A stretch of 64,000 nucleotides of DNA from Nageia nagi (Eukaryota; Plantae; Pinophyta), in assembly GCA_050084985.1 (NCBI GenBank), contig JBITNC010000001.1:189968001-190032000 (forward strand), given 5' to 3'. Below are positions 37,801-49,918 of this stretch, piece by piece. Within the stretch, counting starts at the first letter, position 1. Each line of letters starts with the position of its first letter. The position numbers and the translations under genes were made by a program. The notes under the pieces were generated by a model that ran no database searches, was not told the origin of the DNA, and saw nothing but the letters and a program-made list of their open reading frames with translations.

Positions 37801-40800
37801 CAAAAAATGCCAAAAAAAAAGGAAAAAAGGGGAAAATTTTGCGACAAAAAAAACTGCCAAATTTGAGGAAAAAATCACCAAAAAACGATGGGTATGGCCA
37901 AAAAATGGCAAGTGTATATTCTCCTTTTTATTTTTTGGACGTTTAAACGGAAAAAAACGGTAACAACGAGAAAAACAACCACATTTTCAACCTACGGTCA
38001 ATGTTTTTTGCTCGTTTTTTGCCTGTTTAAACAGCGTTTTTTGCATTTTTTGAGGGAAAATATGGATTTTTTCAAAAAACGAAAAAAAGGGCATTTTTTG
38101 CATTTAAATGGTGTTTTTTTATTCTATGATATCTCATGAAGAGAGACTAAAAGATTCTACATCTCCAAATGTTGATGGTGTTGAAGAAAAAGCTTTTGCA
38201 TCCAAGGAGGGTGAAACTAGTGCAAGTGGACATGGAAGAGGCCATGGAACGAGTCATTCTCCTTCAAGAGGAAGAGGTAGCGGAAGAAGAGGTGTTGCCC
38301 AAGGAAAAGGAAGAGGAAGAAGAACAAGTGACAAGCAAAATAAACAATGTTACTATTGTACCAAGTTTGGTCACTATGAAAGAATGTAGATTGAAGGCAT
38401 CTTAAGAAGGAAGAAGTAGAGCACACTATGGAAAAGAGGAAGGATCCTCAAATTTGTTCTTGACATATGGCACATCTGATAAAAATCTAAATGAGACATG
38501 GATTCTTGATATTGGTTGCTCAAACCACATGACAGGCAAGGGGGAGTTGTTTGCTACAATGGAAAACTTCTACAAGTCCAAGATCAAGCTTGGCAATGAC
38601 AAAACATTGCAAGTTGAAAGAATTGGAGCCATGGAGGTGAACATCAATGAAGGCCAAATGAAGGTAAATGATATATACTATACTCCAAATTTGAAACATA
38701 ATTTGTTGAGTGTAGGCCAACTCATGGAAAAGAATTTATAAGGTAGTGTTTGAAGATGGCAAATGTGTAATCTTTGACAAGAATCGTGGTAATAGGCTGG
38801 TCACAACAGTTCCTATGAGTAAAACTAGACTGTTTCCTTTAGAATATGATGGGCAAGGAGCCTAAATTGCCATTGAGAACAAAAGTTGGCTATGGCATTT
38901 AAGGTATGGTCATTTAAACTTCAATAGTTTTAGATTGTTGACATCTCAAGAAATGGTATATGGGTTACCTAAGGTTGAAGATCACAAAGATGTGTGTGAA
39001 GGATGTGCTATGGGAAAGCACTCAAGGATGAGTTTTCCTAAAGGGAAAACACGGAAAGCCTCTTATGCACTTCAATTAGTGCATTCCGACATATGTGGGC
39101 CAATGCAAACTCAAAGTTTAGGTAAGAATTCATACTTTCTTACTTTTATTGATGATTTTTCAAGAATGTGTTGGATTTACTTCTTGAAAACCAAAGATGG
39201 GGCATTTGATTGTTTTAAAGATTTTGAAAATCATGTTGAAAATCAAAGTGGATGCTATGTAAAATGTAAGGACTGATGGAGGTGTAGAATTTTGTTCAAA
39301 TGAATTTCTCCAATTTTGTAAACAAAATGGTGTGGTCGAAGGGAAGAACAAAACCATTATTGAGATGGCAAGGAGCATGATACAAACAAAGAGATTGAGC
39401 AATATGTATTGGGTTGATGTAGTTAGGATAGCAGTCTACATTTTGAATAGAAGTCCTACTAGCACCTTGGATGGCATCACTCCATATGAAGCATGGTATG
39501 AAAAGAAACCAAATGTAAACCATTTTAGAGTTTTTAGTTGTTTAGCTTATGCACAAGTACGTGATGAACAAAGAAGAAAATTTGATCCAAAAAGTAAGGT
39601 ATTTTTATTGGGTATTGTGAGAATACCAAAGCCTACAGCTTTATAATTCAAAAACTCGCAAAATTGTGGTTTCTAGAGATGTAATTTTTGATGAAGGGGG
39701 AGAATATGGTCATCAAAAACTCTATATTGGTGATGAATCCAATGATGCAAGCTCCTCAAATGTGCAACTCAATGTTCAGACCAGCAAGCAAATTCCTTCC
39801 ATTCAAAGTCCACAAAAGAGTTCTTCTTCAAATCCTTCAATCCCTTCAATGAGTGATGATGATTCTCCAAGTAGTGTGAAGACAAAGAAAGGTAAAAGAA
39901 TTCTTTCAAGCCATCCATATGCTCAAATGTTGGATGCAAATTTTCAAAGAAGACTTACAAGAAATCAAGCACAAGAGATTGATCAAGTTGTGACAAGACT
40001 TGAAAATTTAAGAATGTATAGTGATGATGATGATTGTGTAATTATGCCTTGATGACTAATGTTGAGTTAGAACCATCTAATTATGAACAAGCATGTACTA
40101 ATGATTTATGGATGAAAGCAATGGAAGAGGAAATCAATTCCATCAAGAAGAATGATACATGGGAGCTTGTGGAGCTTCCAAAAGGCAAAAAGTGTATGGG
40201 CTCTAAATGGGTCTACAAAACAAAGTATTATAGTGATGGAACCATAGAAAGACACAAGGCAACACTTGTGGCAAAAGGATTCACACAAAAGTATGGAATT
40301 GATTATGACGAAACCTTTGCTTTGGTTGCAAGATAAGAAACAATAAGGTTGGTACTTTCTTTGGCTGCCCATAAAGGTTGGAAGGTACATCATATGGATG
40401 TTAAAAGTGCATTCTTGAATGGCTACTTGGATGGAGAGGTTTATGTGCAACAGCATCAAGGTTTTGTAATAAAAGGAAAAGAGAATCTTGTGTATAGATT
40501 GAAGAAGGCCTTGTATGGCCTCAAGCAAGCTCCAAGAGCTTGGTATTCACGGATTGATGGGTACTTCCATCAATATGGCTTTACAAGAAGAAAGAGTGAA
40601 CCTACCCTATACCTCATGAAACACGGTAATGACATCTTACTAGTTTGTTTATATGTTGATGATTTGATTTACATGGGTAGTTGTTCAAACATGAATGATG
40701 ATTTCAAAAATGTTACGATGCAAGAGTTTGAAATGAAAGATCTTGGTTTGATGCATTATTTCCTTGGTATGGAGGTGAATCAAAAAGAAGGTGAGATTTT

Positions 40801-43800
40801 CATTTGCCAAACTAAATATGCTAATGATATGTTAAAGAAATTTGGCATGGAAGGATGCAAACCAATCCCAACACCAATAGCTCATGGTGAATTGTTGTAT
40901 AAGGATGATGGGGCTACAAAAGTTTATGTGATCATATATAGAAGTATTGTTGGAAGCTTGATGTTTCTCACAAACTCTAGACCGGACATTGCACATTTTG
41001 TTTCACTTGTATCAAGGTATATGAGAGACCCTTCTAAAATTCACTTGAAAGCAACCAAAAGAATATTGAGGTATGTGAAAAGTACAGCTGATTTTGGCAT
41101 TCATTACTACAAGAATGATGATGTGAAACTTGTTGGCTTTAGTGATTCTGATTGGGGAAGCAATTAGATGATAGAAAGTCTACATCTAGAAATTGCTTTA
41201 GTCTTGGGTCTGGACTGATTACATGGAGTTCAAGAAAGCGAAGTACAATTGTTCTTTCTTCTACTAAAGCTGAATATATTGCAATCACAAGTGCTAGTGC
41301 TCAAGCATTGTGGTTGAGAAAGGTACTTAATGAAATTGGTGAGAAACGATGTCATCCAACTATCTTGTTTTGTGACAACAAAAGTGCCATTCAATTGGCA
41401 AAGAACCCAATCCACCATAGCAGGTCCAAACACTTTGATATGAAGTATCACTTCATCTATGATATGGTAGAGAAAAACATCATTGAGATTAGGCATTGTA
41501 ACACCCTTGATAATATTGCGGATATCTTCACAAAAGGGGTTGTCAAAGCTCAATTTTTGAAGCTGAGGAACTTCCTAGTAAGTCCCCTCAGCATCAAGGG
41601 GGGTAATGTTGGAGTTTGAACTTAATCTTCATAAGAGAACTTCAATTTTTGACTTTAGGTTCTACAATCGGCCTGCACAGGTTCGATCCTTGATTATTCA
41701 ACCAATTAGTTCTGTCTATTCGACCTGTCGACTTCTCAATCAGCATGTCAATCCATTCTGTCCAACTAGTCGGTTTGATGCATACTGATCTGTATCAAGA
41801 GACCGGCAATTTTGTGTGTTTTGTCATTTTTCTCTTTGGTTTGGTAATCATTCTTCATTTGGTTTGTTGTTGTAATCATTTGAAACATGTAGGAACATAG
41901 TACTGTAGTTTGTTGTGTTATCAAGAAGGATTTGATAGTGTTATTTAGTAGATTTAATTAGTTGTAGAATTCATGAGAAGTCCATTCTCATTAACATTCA
42001 CTTTGTACTCAAGTTTCTATCAAAGAACAATAAAAATTTAATCTCTTATTTGAAGTAATTGATCAATGAGCATTTTCTCACTTTGATACCACTGTAATGT
42101 CCCCAATCAGATTTTTAACAATTTTAGCCAACAAAAAATCAAATTTTACAATGCACAATTAGATCTGCAATTTTTACTTGGAAATCAAACACCAAAACCC
42201 TAAAAGGGGCACGAACTCATCACCAATGCTCATAAAATCATTCTGAAAGTGGAAATGGAAAGATCAGCTTTCATACAGCTCAAATCAACAATCCCATGTG
42301 CAAAGAAAAATACTCAAAGTTGGACATCCCCTCTTGGAGGGCAAAATATTACTTGAAATATGCAAAAATGATCTCCAACCATGCAAATATCATCAACAGA
42401 ATAATTTGAAAGTAACAATGGACTCTAGGGCATCCAAGATGCTCAAAAATCAATCAAAACATGCCAAACCAGGTGTCCAAGGCTGGGCATCCCCTCAAGG
42501 AGGGTTTCTACGCCAGAAAATGCGAAACAAGAGTCCCCAAAAATGGGTGATTGCCTCTCCAAGCTGTTGTAACCTGCAAAGGCTCCAAATAGGGTTCCAA
42601 ACCCTCCAATGTTATCTGAAATGTTGGCATTTGAAAGTCTCCAAGAAGCTCCAATGCAACTCCTAAAACTTCGAGCACATCCCTAGACCTTAGAAGGTTG
42701 AGAAGGGCACAACCCTCACTCGAAAGATCAAAAGATTGAATTCTCCAAGCATATCCTCAAGTGGTGCGCTCCTCTTGCCTTCATAGGTGAACTTGGAATT
42801 ACAAATATCTTCATGAACATGCTCGACCCATCTTTACCTTGAAAATAAAAATTACAATTATGAACATGGCCAACCCATCTTTGCCAAGAAATTACAAAAT
42901 ATGACTCTACATGGAGCGTCACACATTGGCATCACAATTTACACATCTTTACATTGAAAAGGCATGTTACAATGCCAAAAATATCAAAATGACTTCTAAA
43001 TACTCCTAAGAGCTATAAAAACACACTAAAGAGGGATGTCCCACTCCAAGTGGCCCAAAAAAATCATCTCAATGCAAAAATGAGTGAGACGCCAAAAATG
43101 GGGACATTACACAAATAAGTCCCAAAAACTGGTGCATGCTTTTCATGCTTCATGATGCTTTTTATGGTTCCATGCAATTGTCTTAAGTGATGGTGCCAAC
43201 TAGGAATAAAGTAAAGAACAAGAAACTTGAAGCTAACATGCTAATCTCATATGAAGACAAAGAAGAAGCCCATGCAGTCTAAGCCAACGCAAAGGAACAA
43301 ATCCTATGTCCTCTACTATTTTGTACTAAACTTCAAAAAAGAGAAGCAAAAGCATTGCATATTTATGTCTTGATTCTAAGCCTTCTATTCTTATTCTCTT
43401 GAGGTATGAACTTATTTCTCATGCCACCTCTAGCTGAACATTAAGGCATAGTTTCACATCCATATAGAGATTTCATGCAAGGTGGTATTTGAGGTAGTTA
43501 ATGGCCGTATGAACCATCTGCCCACAATGATTGCATATAACTTGGCCCATTATAAACCCCTCCATTGCATGTTTCCAAGAAGGCTCCCTTCGTTTGTATG
43601 CCATTTTCCTTGTTGCACAACATAAACAAGCAAAAAATAATATAATTCATGGATAAACAAAAAAAAACAGCTAGAGTTTACAACTTAAAATTCAATGTTG
43701 AATCATGCATCAGACTTAAGTGTTGCAGATCACTAAAATCACTTGTAAATCACACAATCAAATTTGGGGTGTTTGCTTAAGTTTTCACTTTTCACAGATC

Positions 43801-46800
43801 AGTTGTGCTCCAGTTCATCACAAAAGAGCTCCAAAGTAAGAAGGGAAAAAAAAAATAGTTCTTATCTTTTATTGGGGGCTGATTGGGGAGGGCAAGTTTT
43901 TGACAAACTCATTGAGTTACAACTTTTTTCAAAAGCTTGGGAGTTTCAAAGAATATTCTGTCAGATACAATATTTTGTTTGATGGTGCAAAAAGAAATTA
44001 CTTGTTCAGTACTTGATGATGTGTAATGACCCTATTTTTGAGAATATATTGTATTTGGGATTTTCCACAAATCTCTTCTTCTACAAGTCATATATGGCCA
44101 TTGCACCTTCAGAATTGGATAGAGCATCTCATGGCATTTGTTTTTAGTGGTCACACGACCCCTTTTGGACAAGAAACGAAGGAGTTATGGCTACTTGAAG
44201 TTCGCCAATGGGACCAGTTTTCCATATTGTGTCCACACATGAAAATCCACTTAACTTAGTGGATTTCTACTTAAAATGCAACGTTGGATTATAATAAGCT
44301 TTTATGTTATTCTAATGTTATTTTTAGTACTTTTATTTGTAATAAAGCCAATCAATGGCTTAGATTAGCTTAGAGGGGTCAATGCAAGATTAGGGTCAGC
44401 ATCTATATATGGAGATGCAACTCTCCATTCAGGGCATATTGTTGATATTGATATTGTAATGAGTCCTTGTGATTCTCATCTCCATAGTGCATAGGTGATG
44501 ATCCCTAGCATGGATGGAAGCTCTACAACTGACAAGTGATGGCCCTTACTGTTGTATTGCCCTAGGGTGATGCTCTCCTAGACCCCCAATATTCAGAAAA
44601 TACAAAAAGAGGTACCCAAGAGGAGTTTGTGGTATTTATGGCAGTTTCAACTCTCAGCTTGTTGTGTTGTTTCAGTTCAGATCTGAGAAGTCAGCCTCCC
44701 CAAGGCAGTCACCCATCTTTTGAGGTCACTTTTCAGACATTTCTGAGGATTTTTGCAATTGTTCCATCCCCAAGAGACCCATCGCCCATTTGTACTGGTT
44801 TGGCATATCTAAATAAATACATTTGGCTGGTCTCTCCTCATATTTGGTGTTATTTTCAGTATTATTTCTGTAATTTATTTCTGCAATTTCGAATTAGGGT
44901 TTGTGCATAAAAAAAAAAGGAACATTGCATGATGTTATGAAAAACTCACCATGTTTTGTAACTATGATAATTCCCATAAAAGAGTGTCTTCAACTAAGAG
45001 GGCCAAACTCAACAATCCTAGCAGGACAGGACCATGATCTTCTAGACACTCTCAAACTATCGAAAGTTGACAATGCATCAAATCCAACATGAAACTTGGC
45101 AATCAATGCTTGTTTTAGCTGTCTCAGTTGTACAAAAGGAAGGCTGGTTTTCCCGTACAGGATAGAAATCTATTAAGTCCAATGAGTGATGATGATGAAA
45201 AAAAGGCCCCTATATAATTTCTTCAACAAAGGACAGGGCCTCACATTTAACATCATTCAATAGGTGTTTAGTGTCCCTTAATATTGGATAACAAAACGGC
45301 ATAAAAAGTCCAGTATGCATAAGCCCCTTCAACGTGTGCAAATGATCACTGCTTAGGGCTATGAAGCTGAACACCTGTGATTGGGAAAGTGTAAGGATGT
45401 TGAAAGCAACCTCCCAAAATATTTATAGATAAATGATATTACCTTGGATTCTATAGTAAATCAAACACCAAAAATGGCGTGTTCTCTATCTATACCTCTT
45501 TGAAAGGGCATTAACAAGATCCTATCATATGTGGAAATATAGTAATCAAACTCAAATAGTAGTTGGCAGCCATTTCCTCATTTGACCCAAAGGGATTCAA
45601 AGACAGTGGTGCCAATGGCATAAACTTAAGTTTCCTCATTTGACCAAAGGGGATTCAAAGACAGAGGTGCCAATGGCATAAACTTAATTAGAACGGATGA
45701 TGATAACAATCTCTGAAAAACTCAAAGCATAGAGGGACAACTTAGGACCCAAAGGCTACGCATATGCGAGGTCTAGATGAGCTGAATGTGGTTTTGGTAG
45801 AGGCCTTTTCTAACTTGTTTATTGATAACCTCATGGGAAAGGAGATGAGGGAGGCATAAAACGAATATCTGAAATAAAAATCCCACCTCAAAACTCAGAG
45901 AAGCAAATCATTCAACAAAGTGAACTGATAAGAAAGAACATCACTACCTATTGAATGGACAATACTCCATGGGCCGGAATCACTGGATGGTATGCGTGAA
46001 AACACTTTACATAAATATACACTTTTGATTTTAGTTTTGGTTTCCAACTTTCTATAAGGTGCTTGAAGAATAACCCTTTCTTTTTACAAGGTATTAATTC
46101 TAAACTTTTAATACATTATATTTTTCTTTCTGTTTATTCTTTTTATTGCTTGCTAAACAAATTTATACCCAATATTTAAATTCAATAACTCCTAAATATG
46201 GATTTTTGTTTCCTCTTTGTTTTTCAATTTCGGTTCCTATTAAGAATATCTAATTTTTTCCGGGTTACACGGGGCGTTCCCAATAACTTGGAAACACCAT
46301 GGGAACACCCAAAACTTTTCCCGTAGTTGTGGGTGGCCAACCACTTAAAAACAAAAAAAAAAACACACTAAAATTAAATAAGGGTGCAAAATAGATTGGC
46401 GGGGAGATCCACCAATGTCTTCAGCCCCTCCAAACTCTAAAATTACTTATATATCCATTCCAAAACAAAAAATAAAAATCCGAAAATTCAAAAAAAATTT
46501 ATTAGTATTATGCTCATTCCCTTGTCGTTCCTGGGTGTTTCCCAAAAAAGACCTCCCTTGTTTCCTGTTCCTAGGAATGCGTTCCTCTCACTCCCCCATT
46601 TCCGAGCCTTGTCGAATCTTGAAAGCTTTTTAACTTTTTTTTGGCTATGACCTTTGGAATAGTGATCTTAACAACTCATAAAGCCAACCAATGGCCTAAA
46701 TGCTTTGTGTAGCCATAGACTCACTAAACCAGAGGGCTCACTTGAAGAGTTCAACATCTGCTTTACAAAAAGAAAATTTTCATTTTCCCACTTGTTACTA

Positions 46801-48449
46801 TGGAAACTCAGGGGATATGTTCCTCAAACAGAACAGTTCTAGACCTCTCTTAATTTTTTTCACCTTCAAAACAAATTTGCAGTGAGAACATCAATATGGA
46901 TAAAAGTAGCGTTTCCTACAAGATAGCAATGAAAAAAATTCTCATTTTACGTTGCATTTTTAAACATGTACATATTAATGAACTATGCAAGTGAATTTAA
47001 TGATCACAAACTGAAAATCCCCGGATGGAATGGAAGTCATAGGTTTAATAGCAAAAAGATTGGTACATGAAATGGGAAAAGTTTTAAAAGTCATTGTCTG
47101 ACTTGATTTGGACAGATTAGGAAAGTTAACTATCCAGTAAACCTTAAATACCTGAAGAATACCTGCCTGTAATCATAATATATCACATATCTCTACTTTG
47201 CACTATCAATGTCATGTTGATCGTCATGGTTGTAGCGCGAATTAATTGAAGATTTACAAGATGATATCTTATCCATCTCATGGAGTTTATATTCAAAAAA
47301 GTGCAAGGTATTCTAATTTCTGAGAGTTGAGGTATATTAGATTTTCAACCAGAAGACCAAACATGTCAAGAATGCTTAGAATCACTTAATGTGTCTAGCC
47401 AACTATGTTACTTGCAATAGTCCTCTTACTAATTTGCATTACATCTCTGTTAAGAATTGCAAATTTAGTTTACTGTTGCACAACTGAAGTTGAAAGTTAA
47501 ACAATACATTTGCAGACATAATTTCCAGATTATTTGTCACTTCATAAAGAGGACAAATTAAGATAAGCACCAAAGTGTCACATTCTATAAAAGCACAGCA
47601 CTGGAAGTAAACCACTATGTGACCTAATATAGCTTTCCTCAATACCAAAGCAAACGTAGAAACTGCACTCTGCATCCACCATTTTGCAGACTACCAAAAG
47701 GGTCAGTTAAGTCTATCCATCAAGTGGGCAAATGCATGTATAGCGTCAACATTACATTGATACATGTTACAATAAAATGCTGTCAGAGCAAAGTCACAAC
47801 ACTAGTCGAAATTCGTTCAAAACGTTGTGACGTAATTGGATTAGGGTACTTTTGAATGTGTAGAGCGTGACCCATTTACACTCTTCTCACCACAATAAGA
47901 CACCCAAAAGTTCAGAAGACATGGCATGAAGATTATTGTCTGATGAAAACAGAATACATATGTAAGACGGTTCCCCAAGTTCAGCCTCTTATTCTCAAGT
48001 TCAACATAAATTTACAGATTTTAAACAAACCCTGCTTGAAAAGTACAATATAATACAGGTCTGCAGAAAATGAAAGAAAGCCAAGATGACAAAATTTGAA
48101 GTAACTTGGTCTTGGATGGATTGGTGAGAAAAGTGACCTTCACAATGAGACTTGTACAATAAAGACCAAAAGCTGTACAAATACACAGAATCTGGCATGT
48201 ATATACCTTGTCAAAGTATACTGACTTACCTGGAAACTGAGATTGGGAACGAAGCCCAACAACATCGTTAAATGAGTGCCTGAACAAAACATTCATAAGG
48301 AAGTGAATTCTGTCAGCAAATGACTGGAAGGATGAATGAATGAATAAAAGAGCGCATGAAAGAGACCTGGTGAAATTTTGTCTCCAAGATATTGGTCTTG
48401 AAGAGCTTGGATGCAGTGATGAGGAGAAAGAGAGCGTAGCTGTCGCCAT
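19782..48449 (-). CDS. CLPR2: Plastid ATP-dependent Clp protease proteolytic subunit-related protein 2 (ClpR2), exons 1-8; final exon not in window
   Basis: Join(-): 48449-48367, 48279-48230, 23071-22999, 20891-20771, 20658-20521, 20308-20192, 20066-19998, 19877-19782. All introns are GT..AG with matching phases (2,1,2,0,0,0,0). Translation: [191 protein letters not shown]. This matches the ClpR2 pattern, with catalytic Ser and His absent (AYNL, GLYP). Confidence 0.92.
19998..20066 (-). CDS. CLPR2: ClpR2 exon 7
   Basis: Encodes [23 protein letters not shown]; AAG acceptor, GTAAAT donor. Confidence 0.9.
20192..20308 (-). CDS. CLPR2: ClpR2 exon 6
   Basis: Encodes [39 protein letters not shown]; GTAATG donor. 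Confidence 0.95.
20521..20658 (-). CDS. CLPR2: ClpR2 exon 5
   Basis: Encodes [31 protein letters not shown]; TTTGCAG acceptor, GTGAGT donor. Confidence 0.95.
20771..20891 (-). CDS. CLPR2: ClpR2 exon 4
   Basis: Encodes [31 protein letters not shown]; CAG acceptor, GTAAGC donor. Confidence 0.95.
22999..23071 (-). CDS. CLPR2: ClpR2 exon 3
   Basis: T-rich tract + TAG acceptor, AG|GTACTC donor; 73 nt, phase 1 in and phase 2 out, exactly bridging exons 2 and 4. Confidence 0.72.
23770..24320 (-). mobile_element. Truncated LINE/SINE 3' end of the same family
   Basis: Reverse complement of the CCCATTGACCGC..TCACCCATTGACATT tail at 23830-23867; boundaries approximate. Confidence 0.5.
25270..25960 (+). 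mobile_element. 5'-truncated LINE: ORF2 C-terminus + 3' UTR
   Basis: [38 protein letters not shown] resembles a LINE ORF2 C-terminal Cys/His region; ends in the motif CCCATTGACC..ATCACCCA..ACATTAAT shared with three other copies. Confidence 0.6.
26232..28613 (+). mobile_element. L1-like LINE derivative with ORF1 only (DUF4283-like + CCHC knuckle), no ORF2
   Basis: Degraded ORF1 motifs [49 protein letters not shown]|C; poly(A) 28607-28613; ~18-bp TSD ATGATGGTTT(C/A)T(G/A)TA(G/C)AT at 26214-26231 and 28614-28631. Confidence 0.75.
27171..27805. mobile_element. 635-bp solo/internally deleted LTR inserted in the LINE ORF1 zinc knuckle
   Basis: Start TGTAACATCCC, end GGGATTTTATG (mutated CA); TSD GAGAA (27166-27170 / 27806-27810); similar to the reverse complement of 58895-60079. 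Confidence 0.75.
29560..29880 (-). pseudogene. hAT transposase relic (DUF659-type core)
   Basis: Minus-strand [16 protein letters not shown] (cf. VVQVVTDNAANYxAAG), [17 protein letters not shown] (cf. FWTPCAAHCLDLxLEDIG), [13 protein letters not shown] (cf. ELxRPAxTRF). The relic probably extends to ~28930-30300. Confidence 0.65.
32071..36420 (-). pseudogene. Gypsy gag-pol pseudogene (gag-PR-RT-RH-INT-chromo)
   Basis: ORFs 35079, 34834, 34071, 33477, 32585 and 32071 lie in Gypsy order with frameshifts and stops. Confidence 0.93.
37074..41600 (+). pseudogene. Copia gag-pol pseudogene (gag-PR-INT-RT-RH)
   Basis: [23 protein letters not shown] knuckle, [42 protein letters not shown]; several stops and frameshifts. 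Confidence 0.93.
37656..38128. mobile_element. hAT-like MITE inserted in Copia gag
   Basis: TIRs CATAGAATAAAAAAC / GTTTTTTTATTCTATG; TSD ATGTCT(CA)/ATATCT(CA); multiple AAACGG/AAAAACG motifs; removal restores GSLMSHEER. Confidence 0.88.
44022..44929 (+). mobile_element. Solo LTR (908 bp)
   Basis: TGTAATGACCC...GGAACATTGCA; perfect TSD TGATG; TATA-like CTATATAT at ~44403. Confidence 0.85.
45574..45687. repeat. ~57-bp tandem duplication
   Basis: tttcctcatttgacc..ggattcaaagacag.ggtgccaatggcataaacttaa occurs twice. Confidence 0.85.
46260..46621. mobile_element. Partial hAT-like MITE end
   Basis: Clustered GGGAAC/GTTCC subterminal-type motifs ending GTCGAATCTTG; the other end and a TSD were not found. 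Confidence 0.35.
48230..48279 (-). CDS. CLPR2: ClpR2 exon 2
   Basis: Acceptor TTCAG|, donor G|GTAAGT; encodes [16 protein letters not shown]; phase 2 in, phase 1 out. Confidence 0.75.
48367..48449 (-). CDS. CLPR2: ClpR2 exon 1 (transit peptide)
   Basis: ATG GCG start, Ser/Thr-rich [18 protein letters not shown]; donor AG|GTCTCT; ends phase 2. Confidence 0.75.
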
Positions 48450-49199
48450 TGCCGTCAACACTCCAACTTTGGTGCTGCCTTCCTCACTTTTATTTATCTC
48501 CTCTCTTCAGTGTTCCATCATTATTGCTCAAATAGATAATTATAACAATAATGAAAATGGATTGACCTGCTCACTAAATTAGTTGAAAATTATCCTTTTT
48601 ATATTTGGTACCATTACAATAGGTTCCCAAAATCCTTTCACTAGCTTGAGGTCTACCACATAATTATTTTGTAGTTGTTAAAAAGGTTTGGAGCTAGCTT
48701 GTTCTTGTATTATGTATTTAAAAGCATTCATTGTTGTGTTATCATATAATCTTTCTTAACAAATTTTAGTTTTTAGGATGTATAAGTTTGTTTTTATATT
48801 TTTAGGAGTTTTTTAATAGAATAGAGTATGGATTAACTTACATGGATTTGTAATAAATTCCATAGTATTAGTATTTTTAAAGCAATTCGAGATAAGATCA
48901 AAACATCTATTAAATTAACAATATTCATGGTAGAGATAATATGTTTGTAATGATTCATATAGTGATTGATATTAATAAGTTACTTCTAGAAGCTATTATT
49001 TTAAAGTTTAGAAAAAAAACTTTGGTCCAAGTTCTTAATTTTAAACATATTACTTTCACATGTAAAAACCATTTTAAAATGAATTATATTATTTACAAGT
49101 GCTATCTCATAAGCTTAATAGAGAGATTTCAAGTGAATATACATAGGGAATCATATTATAAGACCATCAAATAAAGAAAGATTTTAGTAGTTAAAAAGT

Positions 49200-49918
49200 T
49201 ATTAAATAATAGAGATCAATTCAGATGACTCATAAAGATTTAAAAAATAAATTTTAGACTAGGCAACAAGAAGAATTTACATTTGACCTACCATTTGCAA
49301 TACAAAATGAGATGTCCCTAATAAATAATGTTAAGAGATTATAGTTAAATAAGTATTAATAAGACCATAATCTTCTTCGTCTAAAAAGAGAGATGCAAAA
49401 ATTAACAAAGTTGAAGAATTTTTTCCTTATACATCAAACTAATAAGTAGCAAGAGTATAATTTTTAACAAAAGAAACAAATTGGTGGATACTCAAATATG
49501 TTTGTGAATATAGTATTATAAGAAGCTCCTAAAATGCATGTATAAGAAGAGCAAAAGAGGTAAATACAAATATAAATGGAGGATATTAAGCAAAGTAGGA
49601 ATGATTACTAAGAATTGGCTCATCTCCCTCTATGAGAGAACAATGAAATTTGAATATAATGGGAAAACTTATGAGTTGTAAGAGATGAAAAATAAGGAAG
49701 TTTGCACTATCAAAGATAATCAAATGATAAGTGCGATCAAAAAAGGAAAACCACAAATATTGATCTAGCTCTTTGTAATTAAATGTAAGGAACAAACCAC
49801 TTCACACCAAAATGAATTGCAAGAGATTATTACCAAACACAAGAAGATTTTTCAAGACATTCCTAAGGGCCTTCCAATAAAAAAAAGAGTAAGACCATGC
49901 AATCCACCTCATTCTAGG
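49200..49918 (+). pseudogene. Heavily decayed Gypsy pol fragment (pre-RT region)
   Basis: ELQEIITKHKKIFQDIPKGLP..DHAIHLI, truncated by the LTR start at 49919. Confidence 0.6.

Larger units (their letters stand above)
36483..42080 (+). mobile_element. Full-length degraded Ty1/Copia LTR retrotransposon nested in the Gypsy
   Basis: 474-bp LTRs 36483-36956 and 41607-42080 (TG..CA); PBS TGGTATTAGAGC at 36960; PPT AAGGGGGG at ~41596; TSD CTCTA/CTTTG (ancestral CTCTG). Confidence 0.95.
31035..43111 (-). mobile_element. Full-length degraded Ty3/Gypsy chromovirus LTR retrotransposon
   Basis: LTRs 31035-32006 (3') and 42093-43111 (5'); TSD CAAAT; tRNA-Met PBS (- TGGTATC at 42085-42091); PPT next to 32007; gag, PR ([10 protein letters not shown]), RT (FFDD), RNase H, integrase, and chromodomain [17 protein letters not shown]. 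Confidence 0.95.

Noticed and set aside
37635-38139. Lys-rich ORFs
   Set aside because: Arise from the A-rich MITE sequence
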